Part shown: one piece after another, positions 30,552 through 41,292 of the stretch
How positions within the stretch are numbered: the first letter of the stretch is position 1
Layout of the letters: every line of letters starts with the position of its first letter
Origin: Nitrosopumilus sp.
GTDB lineage: Archaea > Thermoproteota > Nitrososphaeria > Nitrososphaerales > Nitrosopumilaceae
Direction: 5' to 3'
DNA: 64,000 nt
NCBI GenBank assembly: GCA_965224195.1
Contig: OZ245040.1
Location: forward strand, 288,001-352,000
Notes under the pieces: generated by a model
Told to the model about the DNA's origin: nothing
The model's database searches: none
The model's input: only the letters and a program-made list of their open reading frames with translations
Translations under genes and position numbers: made by a program

Positions 30552-31418
30552 TTAGTTAAGCATACATGCCCCAAAAACACCTGCTGAATCACCTAATTTA
30601 TTTTTCAAAATAGGTGTATCAACCAAGTCAGAAAATATTTTATCATAAACAGATTTTTTTCCTTCAGTATACAAAAAATCAATGTTTGACAAACCACCAC
30701 CTAAAACAATCGCGTCAGGATCTAAAATATCAATAACATTTGCAAGACCATATCCAAAATTTTCTAAGAATTCATTTTTCCATTTTTGCCAATTATCATT
30801 ATCTATACTAGTAAGAATTTCAGGAAGAGATTGGGATTTTCCTGTCAATTTAGTCCAGTAATTTTCCAATGAAGGACCGCTAATGTATGTCTCCACGCAC
30901 CCAGTTTTTCCACAATAACACAAATTTCCATTTCGATGTAATGTATGATGACCCCACTCACCTCCAATGTTTGTTCTTCCCGGATAGAGTTTTTTATTAA
31001 TCACTATTCCACCGCTAACACCAGTTCCTAGTATTACACCAAAAACTAAATTAAAATCCATAGCAGTACCCAATGTTGCTTCAGCCAATGCAAAACAATT
31101 AGCATCGTTTTCCATAGAAATTTTTTTATCGAGTTTATTTTCTAAATCTTCTTTTAGTGATTTACCAATCAAACATTGAGTATTACTATTTTTAATTAAT
31201 CCAGTTTGTTTAGAAATTGCACCAGGAGTACAAATTCCTAATGAATAATCAGAAATATTTTCAGATATTTCTATCACTAAAGATGAGATAGAGTCTAAAA
31301 TCTTTTGATAATCATTTTGAGGTGTAGAAATTCTTTTTCTTTTGATTACATTGAAACTTTCATCTAGTAGAACTGCTTCAATTTTAGTGCCACCTAAATC
31401 AACACCAAGTTTGTACAT
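30552..31418 (-). CDS. ROK family sugar kinase
   Basis: GVDLGGTK, ENDAN, GEWGH and CYCG...CVE motifs. Confidence 0.92.
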   Translation of the reverse strand: MYKLGVDLGGTKIEAVLLDESFNVIKRKRISTPQNDYQKILDSISSLVIEISENISDYSLGICTPGAISKQTGLIKNSNTQCLIGKSLKEDLENKLDKKISMENDANCFALAEATLGTAMDFNLVFGVILGTGVSGGIVINKKLYPGRTNIGGEWGHHTLHRNGNLCYCGKTGCVETYISGPSLENYWTKLTGKSQSLPEILTSIDNDNWQKWKNEFLENFGYGLANVIDILDPDAIVLGGGLSNIDFLYTEGKKSVYDKIFSDLVDTPILKNKLGDSAGVFGACMLN

Positions 31419-31461
31419 AAATTATTTACAGGAATTAAAACGCTTAAGCTTAACTAAAATT

Positions 31462-33069
31462 TTATCCCATTCCACCAGGGGCACCAGATATTGCAATAAC
31501 ATCATCAATTCTTAGTACCATACATGCAGCTTCAGTTGCAGATTTGATTATCTGTTCTTTAACTACTATTGGTTCTACAACGTTGATTGCCATCATATCT
31601 GCAATTTTCATGTTTTTAGCATCAATTCCAGTCCATTTTTGACCTTGGTTTTGTCTTGCTCTAAGATTAGCCATTGTATCAATTGGATCCATTCCTGCAT
31701 TTTCTGCAATAGTAAGTGGAATTGTTTCTAGAGCTTCTGCATATTTTTTGATTGCAAGTTGTTCTCTTCCATCAAAATTATCAGCCCAATCTTTGAGTAA
31801 TGAGGCTGCAAATGCTTCAGGTGCACCACCACCAGCTACAATTGCTGGTTTTTCAATTACATCTTTTACAACCATTAAAGAATCATGAATTGAACGGTCA
31901 ACTTCATCAATTACTCTTTGAGTTCCACCGCGAATTAACATTGTAACTGATTGTGGATGTTTACATCCTTCAATGAAGACCCATTTATCAGATTCAACTT
32001 TCTTTTGATGTGCTAAATCTGCAGCACCAAGATCCCTTTCTGAAAGATCGTCAAGATTACTAATTACACGTCCTCCTGTTGCCTTAGAAAGTTTAATCAT
32101 GTCACTTTCTTTAACACGACGAACTGCCATAATACCATATTTCGCAAGATAGTGTTGTGAAATATCATCAATTCCTTTTTGACAAATTAAGACATTTGCT
32201 CCTACATCATGTAATTTGTCAACCATAGCTTTTAGCATTCTGTTTTCTTCTTCTAAGAACATCTGCATTTGAGTTGGGTCAGTAATTCTAATTTCTGCAC
32301 TTAATTCAGTTTTTTCAATTTCTAATGCTGAATTAAGTAATGCAATTTTTGCATTTTCAATTTTTGTAGGCATTCCACTATGAACAATTTCTTTATCCAA
32401 AACAATTCCTTTTACAATTTGTGTATCATCAATTGAACCACCGGCTTTCTTTTCTACTTTAATATTTTCAAGGTCAACAGAAAAAGTATCACCTTTTTTT
32501 GTTGCAATACTAAGAATAGCATCAACAATAATCTTAGAAAGTAATGAACTATCTTCAGAAATTAATTTTGATTGCATACTGGTTGTAGCAATTTTTAATA
32601 GAGATGCTCTATCATCAGGCTGAATTTTTTTTGCCAAATCTGAGTAAATTTCAAGGGTTTTATCAGATGCTGCTTGATATCCATCAATAATAGTTGAAGA
32701 ATGAACATCTTTGTTTAGTAGATCTTCTGCTCTAGCCAATAGTGCGCCTCCAAAAATCACAGAAGAGGTTGTACCATCACCTACTTCATTATCAACAGTT
32801 TTAGAAATTTCAACCATCATTTTAGCTGCAGGATGCTGAACATCAATTTCTTTTAGAATTGTAGCACCATCATTTGTAATTGTAACATCACCTAAAGAAT
32901 CAACCAACATTTTATCAAGACCTCTAGGTCCAAGACTGCTTCTAACTAATTGTGCAACTAGTTTTGCTGCTGCAATATTATTTTGTTGAGCATCTTTGCC
33001 TTTTTGCTGTAATGCACTCTCTTTGAGAACTAAAACAGGTCCATTTGGTCCTTGTTGAATTGATGCCAT
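31462..33069 (-). CDS. ths: Thermosome (group II chaperonin) subunit
   Basis: [21 protein letters not shown] and GGGAPE motifs. Confidence 0.97.
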   Translation of the reverse strand: MASIQQGPNGPVLVLKESALQQKGKDAQQNNIAAAKLVAQLVRSSLGPRGLDKMLVDSLGDVTITNDGATILKEIDVQHPAAKMMVEISKTVDNEVGDGTTSSVIFGGALLARAEDLLNKDVHSSTIIDGYQAASDKTLEIYSDLAKKIQPDDRASLLKIATTSMQSKLISEDSSLLSKIIVDAILSIATKKGDTFSVDLENIKVEKKAGGSIDDTQIVKGIVLDKEIVHSGMPTKIENAKIALLNSALEIEKTELSAEIRITDPTQMQMFLEEENRMLKAMVDKLHDVGANVLICQKGIDDISQHYLAKYGIMAVRRVKESDMIKLSKATGGRVISNLDDLSERDLGAADLAHQKKVESDKWVFIEGCKHPQSVTMLIRGGTQRVIDEVDRSIHDSLMVVKDVIEKPAIVAGGGAPEAFAASLLKDWADNFDGREQLAIKKYAEALETIPLTIAENAGMDPIDTMANLRARQNQGQKWTGIDAKNMKIADMMAINVVEPIVVKEQIIKSATEAACMVLRIDDVIAISGAPGGMG

Positions 33070-33113
33070 TTAGATTCAGCTTCAATTCACTGAATCCCCC
33101 TTTTTAACATTAC

Positions 33114-34877
33114 TTAGTAGATCGGTGAAATGTAACCACGTTTTTTCACATCAATAATTCCACCACAAAGAATTCGAATAGAGGGTAGAGCCAAGAAGGG
33201 TAAGAATAATGGAATCAAATGTGGTCTAGAAAATTTAGAACCTGAATCTACAATAGCATTATTAATTTTTTCAAAATTTGATGAAACTTTTTCAAAAGAA
33301 TCTGTAGAGATGATTCCACCAAACTGTAAAGGTAATGAAGCAATAATTTTTCCAGATTTAACTACAACAAGCCCACCTTGATTCTTGATAAGATGATTTG
33401 ATGCAATTGCCATATCAGAATCATTTGAACCGATTACAATCATATCATTTTCATGAAAACTCCACGTTGAAGCAAAAGCGCCAATGTCTGCACCAAAATT
33501 TTCAAGAAATCCTATAGAATGCTTACCAGATCCATGAATTCTATCAAAAGCTGCAACTTTCCAAATGTCAGAATCCAATGAAGCAGAGACATGACCATCT
33601 TTGGTATGAAGTTCAGCAGAACCTAACTTTGTAATTATTTCAGTTTGCATATAGATAGTATTTGCAATAACATCTTTCTTTTTTGATTTTATTACAAAGT
33701 CATTTTTAGAGAAATTTTTTAGTTTTACAGTTTTTTTAATCCAAGGTGATATCATTTGTTTCTTAATTGGAGTAACTATTTGTCCATTTGATACAACTAG
33801 TTTACCTCCAACAAAGACTTTGTTTGGTTTGAATGATTTTAAATCATCAAAAATTAGAATATCTGCTAACTTACCAGGAGCTATACCACCAAGATCTTTT
33901 CCCATATTATAATAATCAAAATTATTCTTTGATGCCATAGTAACTGCATCTATGGGTTTTAAGCCAAGATTGATTGATTCTCTAATGCAGTGATCTATAT
34001 GACCAAATTCAGAAATATCCAGAGGATCAAGACCATCAGAACAAAACATTAAGCGATTAAGATATGTCCCATGAGACAAAACATGTGGAATTATGTCTTT
34101 CAAATCACGTCTAATTGACCCCTCTCTGATCATTATCCACATTCCAAGACGTAATCTTTCTAAAACTTGATCAAAATTAATTGGTTCATGACAAGATAGA
34201 ATTCCAGATGAAACATATGCATTGAGTTTTTTCTCACTTGCTCCAGCAGTATGTCCATTAATTATACAATCGCATTCCAACATTGATGAAAGTGATTTCA
34301 TTGTTTTTGGATCACGTGATGTAACTTTAGTCCAAGAAAAAACTTCGCCTAATCCAAGTACATGTGGATGTTTTATTGCAGTTTTTTCTTGTGCTAATGA
34401 TAATGATTTACTACTGCTAAATTTTGCATCTACTGGAAGACCACCTGGAACTACTTGAAAAATTCGAATTGGAAGATTTTCACCAAGTTTTAGAAATTCT
34501 TGAAAGCCTCGATATCCCCCCACGCTTACTATATCAATAGGATCAGAAAATAGAGATGTTACTCCACAAAGTAGAGCCTTTTTTGCAAATTCAGATGGCA
34601 AAACAAATTGATCAATATGTAAATGCGGATCTGCAAAACCAGAGCTAACATATTTTCCCTTTACATCAATTACAACAGTTTTTGGACCAACCGCATGTGT
34701 AGCATCTAGACCAACATACGCAATTCTATCTTTGATAATTGCAATCTGAATCTGTGGAATAATTTCTCGTGTATAGACTGACATTAAATTACAATTTTTT
34801 AAAATCAAATCGGCTTTCTTGTCACCCATTGCTACAGAGTTAAGAGATAAGATCGAATTTGCTAGGCTCGAATTCAC
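33114..34877 (-). CDS. ade: Adenine deaminase
   Basis: DPHLHID, CHE, IREGS, CSD, GIAPGKLAD and C-terminal LALPSIR. Confidence 0.9.
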   Translation of the reverse strand: MNSSLANSILSLNSVAMGDKKADLILKNCNLMSVYTREIIPQIQIAIIKDRIAYVGLDATHAVGPKTVVIDVKGKYVSSGFADPHLHIDQFVLPSEFAKKALLCGVTSLFSDPIDIVSVGGYRGFQEFLKLGENLPIRIFQVVPGGLPVDAKFSSSKSLSLAQEKTAIKHPHVLGLGEVFSWTKVTSRDPKTMKSLSSMLECDCIINGHTAGASEKKLNAYVSSGILSCHEPINFDQVLERLRLGMWIMIREGSIRRDLKDIIPHVLSHGTYLNRLMFCSDGLDPLDISEFGHIDHCIRESINLGLKPIDAVTMASKNNFDYYNMGKDLGGIAPGKLADILIFDDLKSFKPNKVFVGGKLVVSNGQIVTPIKKQMISPWIKKTVKLKNFSKNDFVIKSKKKDVIANTIYMQTEIITKLGSAELHTKDGHVSASLDSDIWKVAAFDRIHGSGKHSIGFLENFGADIGAFASTWSFHENDMIVIGSNDSDMAIASNHLIKNQGGLVVVKSGKIIASLPLQFGGIISTDSFEKVSSNFEKINNAIVDSGSKFSRPHLIPLFLPFLALPSIRILCGGIIDVKKRGYISPIY

Positions 34878-34947
34878 TTCTTTTAATTGGAATTTGCGCC
34901 TATTATAGATTCAATGCTTAAATTACGGTTGAAGAGGTTTTTTTGAT

Positions 34948-35229
34948 ATGAACATCCCTAAGGTGATCAGAAAGTATTGTGCAAAATGTAATACACATAC
35001 TGAACAAAAGATCTCCATTTACAAAGCTGGAAAAAGACGCGGTTCTGCTGCTGGTGAACGCCGACATGCAGAGCGTAAACAGGGATATGGTGGACAAAAA
35101 TTCCCAAAATTAGCAAAACCAGCCAAAGTTACAAAGAAAGTTACTCCTATTATGACATGTACTGTATGCAAAAAGAAATACAATAAAAAAGGCGTTAGAA
35201 TTAAGAAATTTGAGTTGATAGCAGCATGA
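34948..35229 (+). CDS. rpl44e: 50S ribosomal protein L44e
   Basis: YCxxCxxHT, GYGGQKFP, KVTKK and CxxC motifs. Confidence 0.97.
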   Translation: MNIPKVIRKYCAKCNTHTEQKISIYKAGKRRGSAAGERRHAERKQGYGGQKFPKLAKPAKVTKKVTPIMTCTVCKKKYNKKGVRIKKFELIAA

Positions 35230-35423
35230 AGAAAGATCACATTGAAATTCCAAAACCATCTAGTAAGTTTCAAAAGGTCAATTGTAATGAATGCGGTGAA
35301 TTACAAATAATTTATTCACATGCAACAACACAAATTGCATGTAATTCTTGTGGGAATACTATTTCAGAGGCAACAGGTGGTACAGCCCAAATCAATGGCA
35401 AAATCTCAGGCAGTGCTGAGTAA
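35226..35423 (+). CDS. rps27e: 30S ribosomal protein S27e
   Basis: PSSKF..V.C..C...Q..YSHA...C..CG...TGG pattern. Confidence 0.96.
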   Translation: MKKDHIEIPKPSSKFQKVNCNECGELQIIYSHATTQIACNSCGNTISEATGGTAQINGKISGSAE

Positions 35424-35990
35424 ATCATAATCCTGTTTAGAATTTAGATTAAATGCAATTCTCTTATCATCAATTATAATATAATTTTCATCCAAATTTT
35501 CTAGCGAAGAAATTTTTTCTGAATTTACTAAAGAAATTCCAGTGTAATGACATGTTTGACCGTTAAAATTAACAGAGAAATTAGACTTTAGACCAAGAGT
35601 TGTTAAGAATTTATTAGTTACAAGAATACTAGTCCAAGTTTTTTTAGGATCAAATTGATTAATAATTTTTTTGATTATTTCTTCATCAAATAAAGGTAAA
35701 TCACCAGATGTAACTAAAACATGATCATTAATGATTCGTAATGTTGAATTTAGATCTTCCACGTAACCAATTCCTGACGTATCAAAAGTTTCAATATTAT
35801 TTTCTTCTAATAATTTTTTTGTCTTTGGAGAATTACAACTAGTTATAGCTAGGATTTTTGAAAAAGAATTTGAATTTTTTAATGAATCAATTACATGGAA
35901 AATTACAGGCTTTTTATATTTGAGTAAAAGCTTTTCATCATCTAAATTCATTCTAGTACCTTTTCCACCAGCCATTACAAGACCAATCAT
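35406..35990 (-). CDS. cobY: Adenosylcobinamide-phosphate guanylyltransferase
   Basis: MAGGKGTRM, GYVEDL, DLP and NLN motifs, within the cob cluster. Confidence 0.88.
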   Translation of the reverse strand: MIGLVMAGGKGTRMNLDDEKLLLKYKKPVIFHVIDSLKNSNSFSKILAITSCNSPKTKKLLEENNIETFDTSGIGYVEDLNSTLRIINDHVLVTSGDLPLFDEEIIKKIINQFDPKKTWTSILVTNKFLTTLGLKSNFSVNFNGQTCHYTGISLVNSEKISSLENLDENYIIIDDKRIAFNLNSKQDYDLLSTA

Positions 35991-36742
35991 GTTGAAACAA
36001 ACACCATCAAAGAAGCTAATCGAGTAAATTCGTTAGTGGCTCCCAACACATCACCGGTAATACCACCAAAACTACGAGTAGACAAAGCCAAGAGGAACAT
36101 AGTCAAAACAATAGTTACACCAAGCATTATCAAGCCTGTTGTTTCACCAATTAGAATTACAGGAATAAGCATGATGAGAAACGCTGCAGTGAGTTTTTTC
36201 TTATCTTTCATGAATTCAACAAAAGGAGAATTTGAGCCTAATGAAGCTGATTTACCTAGACTGGCCATCAAAACCATTGAAAATTTTGCTAAAATTTCAC
36301 TAATCAAAATTGCCTTAAACAAATCAAATCTACTTGTAAGAGAAATAGTAATTATCAAAGCAATAAGATACAACACAATCGTAACAATACCTGCTGAACC
36401 AGTAGAAAGATCTTTCATGGCTTTGAGTTTTTTATCTTTTGATCCTTTTACCATCAATCCATCTGCAAAATCAGCCAAACCATCTGCATGATGTATTCCA
36501 GTAACTATTGCAATAGATGCAACAACTAACAAGCTAACCAACAAAGGTTCTAAAAAGAAAGATAATCCAAAACCTAAAGAACCAACTAAAAGTCCAATAG
36601 CAATTCCAACTATAGGAAACATGAACATGTATTTTGCAATATTATCTAACGAAGCATTTGTTGATGGAAAAATTGTTAAAAATGAAAAAACAGATCCAAT
36701 TTCTTTAAACATGTATCCACCATCCCAGAATATACAAAACAA
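35987..36742 (-). CDS. cobS: Cobalamin synthase (probable start MFKE at 36712)
   Basis: HHADGLADFADG, MKD and GGITGDVLGA motifs, multi-TM. Confidence 0.94.
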   Translation of the reverse strand: MFCIFWDGGYMFKEIGSVFSFLTIFPSTNASLDNIAKYMFMFPIVGIAIGLLVGSLGFGLSFFLEPLLVSLLVVASIAIVTGIHHADGLADFADGLMVKGSKDKKLKAMKDLSTGSAGIVTIVLYLIALIITISLTSRFDLFKAILISEILAKFSMVLMASLGKSASLGSNSPFVEFMKDKKKLTAAFLIMLIPVILIGETTGLIMLGVTIVLTMFLLALSTRSFGGITGDVLGATNEFTRLASLMVFVST

Positions 36743-37676
36743 AAATTATGGGAATGGAAACAATTCCAAAGAATAGTATCGAAGTAAGTTTCATTATTGA
36801 AATTGCAGAATGTACATGTTGTTTTGTTAGAATAATTTCACCATCACCTAATTTGTAATGATTAATTTTTTCGAATTTTGTTTCTAAAGCTCCAGCTAAA
36901 GCAGCCATAGGGTACCCAGCATTAGGACTTTCAGTTTTTTTACCATCTCTAATCATTATTTTGTAAGATTCTCTCCAATTGTTTTGTAAAATTGCAGCAG
37001 AAATTATCATTATAATCCCTGTTAGTCTAGATGGAATATAATTTAGAATACTGTCACAAGTTGCTGCAAACCAACCAATATTTTTGAAAAGATTAGTTTT
37101 GTATCCAATCATTGAATCTGCAGTGTTAATTACACGATATACAAATGCTCCAGGTAATCCAAGAAGAGCATAATAGAATAATGGCCCAGTGATTCCATCA
37201 ACTGTATTTTCACTCATACTCTCAAGTACGCCTGAAAGTACATGATTTCGGTCTAAATTTTTAGTATTTCGCTTAACAATCATAGATAGATGAGTTCTTG
37301 CCAAATCTAGATTATCCTCATCTAAAGATTCAAGAACAGATTTTGCATGTTTTTCCATTCCATGAATTGCAATTGTAGTTTTTAATAATAATCCACCAAC
37401 AATTACAGAAACAATCAGTGAGACATAATCAATAGATATCAAGGTAATTCCAATATTTAATGTAAAAAGTAGTACAATTACTAAACCAGAAGTAATAGTA
37501 ACAACACATACACCGTCAAATTTTTCTATTATTGGATTTTCATTTTTTGCTATGGGAGTAAGTTTAGCAATCAAAGTTCCAATCCAAGCTGTAGGATGGT
37601 ATTTATTTTTAGGATCTCCAAACTTAAAATCAAGTAAAATAGCTAATCCAATTACAAAAATAGATTCGATGATCAT
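36705..37676 (-). CDS. cbiB: Adenosylcobinamide-phosphate synthase
   Basis: GDP...HP, SENTVDG, NTADSMIGY and SPNAG motifs. Confidence 0.94.
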   Translation of the reverse strand: MIIESIFVIGLAILLDFKFGDPKNKYHPTAWIGTLIAKLTPIAKNENPIIEKFDGVCVVTITSGLVIVLLFTLNIGITLISIDYVSLIVSVIVGGLLLKTTIAIHGMEKHAKSVLESLDEDNLDLARTHLSMIVKRNTKNLDRNHVLSGVLESMSENTVDGITGPLFYYALLGLPGAFVYRVINTADSMIGYKTNLFKNIGWFAATCDSILNYIPSRLTGIIMIISAAILQNNWRESYKIMIRDGKKTESPNAGYPMAALAGALETKFEKINHYKLGDGEIILTKQHVHSAISIMKLTSILFFGIVSIPIIFVLYILGWWIHV

Positions 37677-38512
37677 TTCAACATCTTCTCTATAGATTTT
37701 ATATCAATATTTGATTTGACAGTTTTTGCCAATTTATTTAATTCATCATCAATTTTTGAAATATTTCTCTTAGTCCATTGAATATTTTTAGGTGTAACAT
37801 TAAGTGAATCCTCTTCGGGTAAGTCTATTGGAATTAATGGGATAGTACCTACAACAGGTATTTTTGTAATATTTTTGAGTTTTTGAAATCCAGGTTTTAG
37901 TACATCTAAATCTCCTCTGAATTTATTAAAGATGAAACCTTTTACAAATTTTTGATATTTTTTTTCAATTAAAAACATCGTTCCAACAAGACTTGCAAAA
38001 GAACCACCTCTGTCAATATCTGAAACTAATAATACAGAAGCATTTGCTTTGTGAGCAATCCTCATATTTGCAATATCAAATTTTTGTAAATTAATTTCAG
38101 CTGGAGAACCTGCACCTTCTAAAATAACTAAATCATAATTTTTCTGTAATATTTTAAGAGATTTTACTGCAATATCAATACCTTTATGATTTACAAATTT
38201 TTCATAGTATTCTTTTGCGTGCATTTTCTTGTATCGTTTTCCATTTAGATATACAATACTGTTGTAATTTCCTATGGGTTTTAGCAAAATTGGATTTAGA
38301 TCAGGAGTAATTTCACATCTCGAACCAATAGCCTGAATTGCCTGAGCACGAGAAATCTCAAATTCAGGCGTAACATATGCAAAATTGGACATATTTTGAG
38401 ATTTGTAAGGTGCAACTCTGTAACCTTTATCAGAAAAAATTCTGCAAAGCGTTGCCACCAACGTCGTTTTTCCGGCTCCAGAAGAAGTACCTTGAATCAT
38501 CAAAGATTTCAT
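37673..38512 (-). CDS. cobQ: Cobyric acid synthase, synthetase domain only (279 aa)
   Basis: QGTSSGAGKT, PYKSQNMS, EGAGSPAEIN, DIDRGG, NKFRGD and EEDS motifs. No C-terminal GATase domain. Confidence 0.9.
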   Translation of the reverse strand: MKSLMIQGTSSGAGKTTLVATLCRIFSDKGYRVAPYKSQNMSNFAYVTPEFEISRAQAIQAIGSRCEITPDLNPILLKPIGNYNSIVYLNGKRYKKMHAKEYYEKFVNHKGIDIAVKSLKILQKNYDLVILEGAGSPAEINLQKFDIANMRIAHKANASVLLVSDIDRGGSFASLVGTMFLIEKKYQKFVKGFIFNKFRGDLDVLKPGFQKLKNITKIPVVGTIPLIPIDLPEEDSLNVTPKNIQWTKRNISKIDDELNKLAKTVKSNIDIKSIEKMLK

Positions 38513-39591
38513 TGTATTTTCTCCAATACATTTACAAGTTTTAGATTGTCTTTATGAGATTTAACAGCAATTCTAATATGGTGATTATCTAATCCTCTAA
38601 AATTTTTACAATCTCTAATCAAAATTTTGTGTTCAAGTAATTTTTTTTGTAATTGAGTTGAATTTTTTTTTGTTTTTATCAAAATAAAATTTGTTGAAGA
38701 ACTATCACAATCAAACCCATATAATTTACCAATTTTGTTTGTTAAGAAAATTAATTCTTTTTTGATTACAGAGTTTGATTTATCAAGATGAGATTTATTT
38801 TTAAGAGCAGTATTTGCTGCATCTTGAGCTAATGAATTTACATTCCATGGAATCTTTATTTTTTGTAATACATCAATAATTTCTTTTGATCCTGCTGCAT
38901 ATCCAATACGAATTCCAGGTAATGCAAATGATTTTGTCAACGAACGTAAAACAAAAAGATTTTTATATTTTTTAACATATGATATTACTGATTCATTTGA
39001 TTTTGGGACCATTTCAATAAAACATTCGTCTAAAAATATGATTGTAGATAGTTTTTTTGCTTTTTTGATTATTTGGAGTAATTGATTTTTTGATAATAGT
39101 TGTCCTGTAGGATTATTTGGATTACAAATAAATACACAACCATTTTTTGGAATTTTTGAAATAAAAATATTAAGATTTTCAGATAAATTCATTGTTTTAA
39201 AATATGAAATTTGGCATTCATTGAGTTTAGCTACTGTTTCATATTCTTGAAAAGTTGGAATTGGAATCAAGACTTTGGTTTTATTAGATAAAAATGCAAA
39301 ACAGAAATTATATAGGATTTCAATCGCCCCATTCCCAACTATTAGATTTGATTTTTCCAAATTAGTATATTTTCTTAGGCTTGAAATCACTGTTGATGAA
39401 CTAGAGTCTGGATAGTGTTTGATATTTTCAATGTTTTTTTTAAGAGATTTTTTTACAGATAATGGAGTGCCTGCAGGGGATACATTTGAACTAAAATCAA
39501 TAATTCTAGAATCAGTGCTTTGTGAAGGATTTCGTCCCCCATGAACTACAGGTACATGTTTAATGATTGAGGGTTTTGTTCGTATTTTCAC
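38509..39591 (-). CDS. cobD: Threonine-phosphate decarboxylase
   Basis: HGG, DFSSNV, NPNNPTG, DECF and SLTK.F..PGIR motifs, within the cob cluster. Confidence 0.9.
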   Translation of the reverse strand: MKIRTKPSIIKHVPVVHGGRNPSQSTDSRIIDFSSNVSPAGTPLSVKKSLKKNIENIKHYPDSSSSTVISSLRKYTNLEKSNLIVGNGAIEILYNFCFAFLSNKTKVLIPIPTFQEYETVAKLNECQISYFKTMNLSENLNIFISKIPKNGCVFICNPNNPTGQLLSKNQLLQIIKKAKKLSTIIFLDECFIEMVPKSNESVISYVKKYKNLFVLRSLTKSFALPGIRIGYAAGSKEIIDVLQKIKIPWNVNSLAQDAANTALKNKSHLDKSNSVIKKELIFLTNKIGKLYGFDCDSSSTNFILIKTKKNSTQLQKKLLEHKILIRDCKNFRGLDNHHIRIAVKSHKDNLKLVNVLEKIQ

Positions 39592-39650
39592 AGTTCCAAA
39601 TGGAATTAGTCGATTTAGTATGTTTGGGTAATCCAGAAAACGATTATTAA

Positions 39651-40751
39651 TTGAAGGCGATCAATATTCAAATTATGAGTAAAAAAAGAGTGGCAATTAT
39701 TGGAGTTACAGGTTCTGTTGGTCAAGAATTCGTCCAATCGCTAAATAATCATCCATGGTTTGAAGTTACTCAAATTGCAGCATCTTCACGTTCAGCAGGA
39801 AAAAAATATCTAGATTCTATTAAAGATGCAAGTGGAATATTAGCATGGGATGTAGGTGGAGAAATTCCAGAATATGTCAAAGATATGACAGTAAAATCAG
39901 TAGATGAGTTAGACGTTTCTCAATTAGATCTAGTATTTTCAGCAGTAGAGTCAGAAGCAGCTAGAGATATCGAAACTAATATGGCTGCAGATTTACCAGT
40001 AATCTCTACAAGTTCTGCGTACAGATATGAAGATGATGTGCCGATACTAATTCCAGGAATTAATGATGAACAAACAGAATTACTTGAGATTCAAAAAAAG
40101 AATAGAAACTGGAAAGGTTGGGTGGCACCATTACCAAATTGTACTACAACAGGTTTAGCAATTACATTAAAACCATTACTTGAAAAATATGGTGTAAAAA
40201 AAGTCATGATGACTTCAATGCAAGCAATATCTGGAGGAGGAAAATCTGGAGTATCTGCAATGGGGATTACTGATAACATTATTCCATACATTCCAAAAGA
40301 AGAAGGCAAGGTAAGATTAGAAACGAGAAAAATTTTGGGCAAGTTAGTAAATGGAAAAATTGAAGATGCAGATATTAGAATTAGTTGTACTTGTACAAGA
40401 GTTCCTGTAATAGATGGACATACAGAATCAGTTTTTGTAGAGACTACAGAAAAAATAGATCCTGTAAAAGCAAAAGAAACCTATGATCAATGTAACAAAG
40501 ACATTTCAGTATCTGGATTACCATCTGCTCCCGAAAAATACTATGCGTTTCATGAAGATCCAACTAGACCTCAACCAAGAATGGAAAGAAGTGTTGGAGA
40601 TGGAATGACTACAACCATTGGAAGAGTTGAAACTGAAGAATTATTTGATAATGGTTTAAAATACATGTTATTTTCTCACAACAAAAAAATGGGTTCAGCA
40701 AAAGGAGCAGTTTTGTTGGCAGAGATGTTGTACAAAAAAGGCAAGATTTAA
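39651..40751 (+). CDS. asd: Aspartate-semialdehyde dehydrogenase (probable start MSKK at 39675)
   Basis: GVTGSVG, PNCTT, QAISG and RVPVIDGH motifs. Confidence 0.95.
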   Translation: MKAINIQIMSKKRVAIIGVTGSVGQEFVQSLNNHPWFEVTQIAASSRSAGKKYLDSIKDASGILAWDVGGEIPEYVKDMTVKSVDELDVSQLDLVFSAVESEAARDIETNMAADLPVISTSSAYRYEDDVPILIPGINDEQTELLEIQKKNRNWKGWVAPLPNCTTTGLAITLKPLLEKYGVKKVMMTSMQAISGGGKSGVSAMGITDNIIPYIPKEEGKVRLETRKILGKLVNGKIEDADIRISCTCTRVPVIDGHTESVFVETTEKIDPVKAKETYDQCNKDISVSGLPSAPEKYYAFHEDPTRPQPRMERSVGDGMTTTIGRVETEELFDNGLKYMLFSHNKKMGSAKGAVLLAEMLYKKGKI

Positions 40752-40822
40752 AGAATTTATTGCAATTTTTACAATAATAACTTTATAAGATCCAGAAAAC
40801 TAGATCGACTCAGGTGTTTTAG

Positions 40823-41290
40823 ACGGCAAAAGTAGATGACTTAGATTTACAAATTTTATCAGAATTATCAAATGATGCCTCAATTTCAGTTCCTCGTTTA
40901 TCAAAAAAAATCAATGTAAACTCATCTGTCGTATATTCAAGAATCAAACGATTAGTTAAGAGAAAACTGATTGAATGTTTTACAATCGTTGTAAATGATG
41001 AAGAACTTGGTTACAATGTTAAAGCATTAACCGGAATCAATATGGATACAAAAAAACGAGATCACATAATTGATGAACTATTCAAAATAGATGGAGTTAG
41101 AGAAGTTGCAGAAGTTACAGGTAGATTTGATATTCTAGTTACAATGTATTCAAAATCATTAGATCAAATGCATAAAATGGTCTCTGAACGAATTGGTAGA
41201 ATTGAAGGAATTCAGTCATCTGAATCATTCATAGAAATGAAATCACGAATGAAAGCAATGCCATATATGCCATCAAAGGATAGTGACTAA
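40823..41290 (+). CDS. Lrp/AsnC transcriptional regulator; first codon is ACG (non-canonical or mutated start)
   Basis: Open frame from 40823 gives [ACG]AKVDDLDLQILSELSNDASISVPRLSKKINVNSSVVYSRIKRL (HTH), continuing into ORF 41042-41290 (EVTGRFD). Confidence 0.85.
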   Translation, partial: TAKVDDLDLQILSELSNDASISVPRLSKKINVNSSVVYSRIKRLVKRKLIECFTIVVNDEELGYNVKALTGINMDTKKRDHIIDELFKIDGVREVAEVTGRFDILVTMYSKSLDQMHKMVSERIGRIEGIQSSESFIEMKSRMKAMPYMPSKDSD

Positions 41291-41292
41291 TA

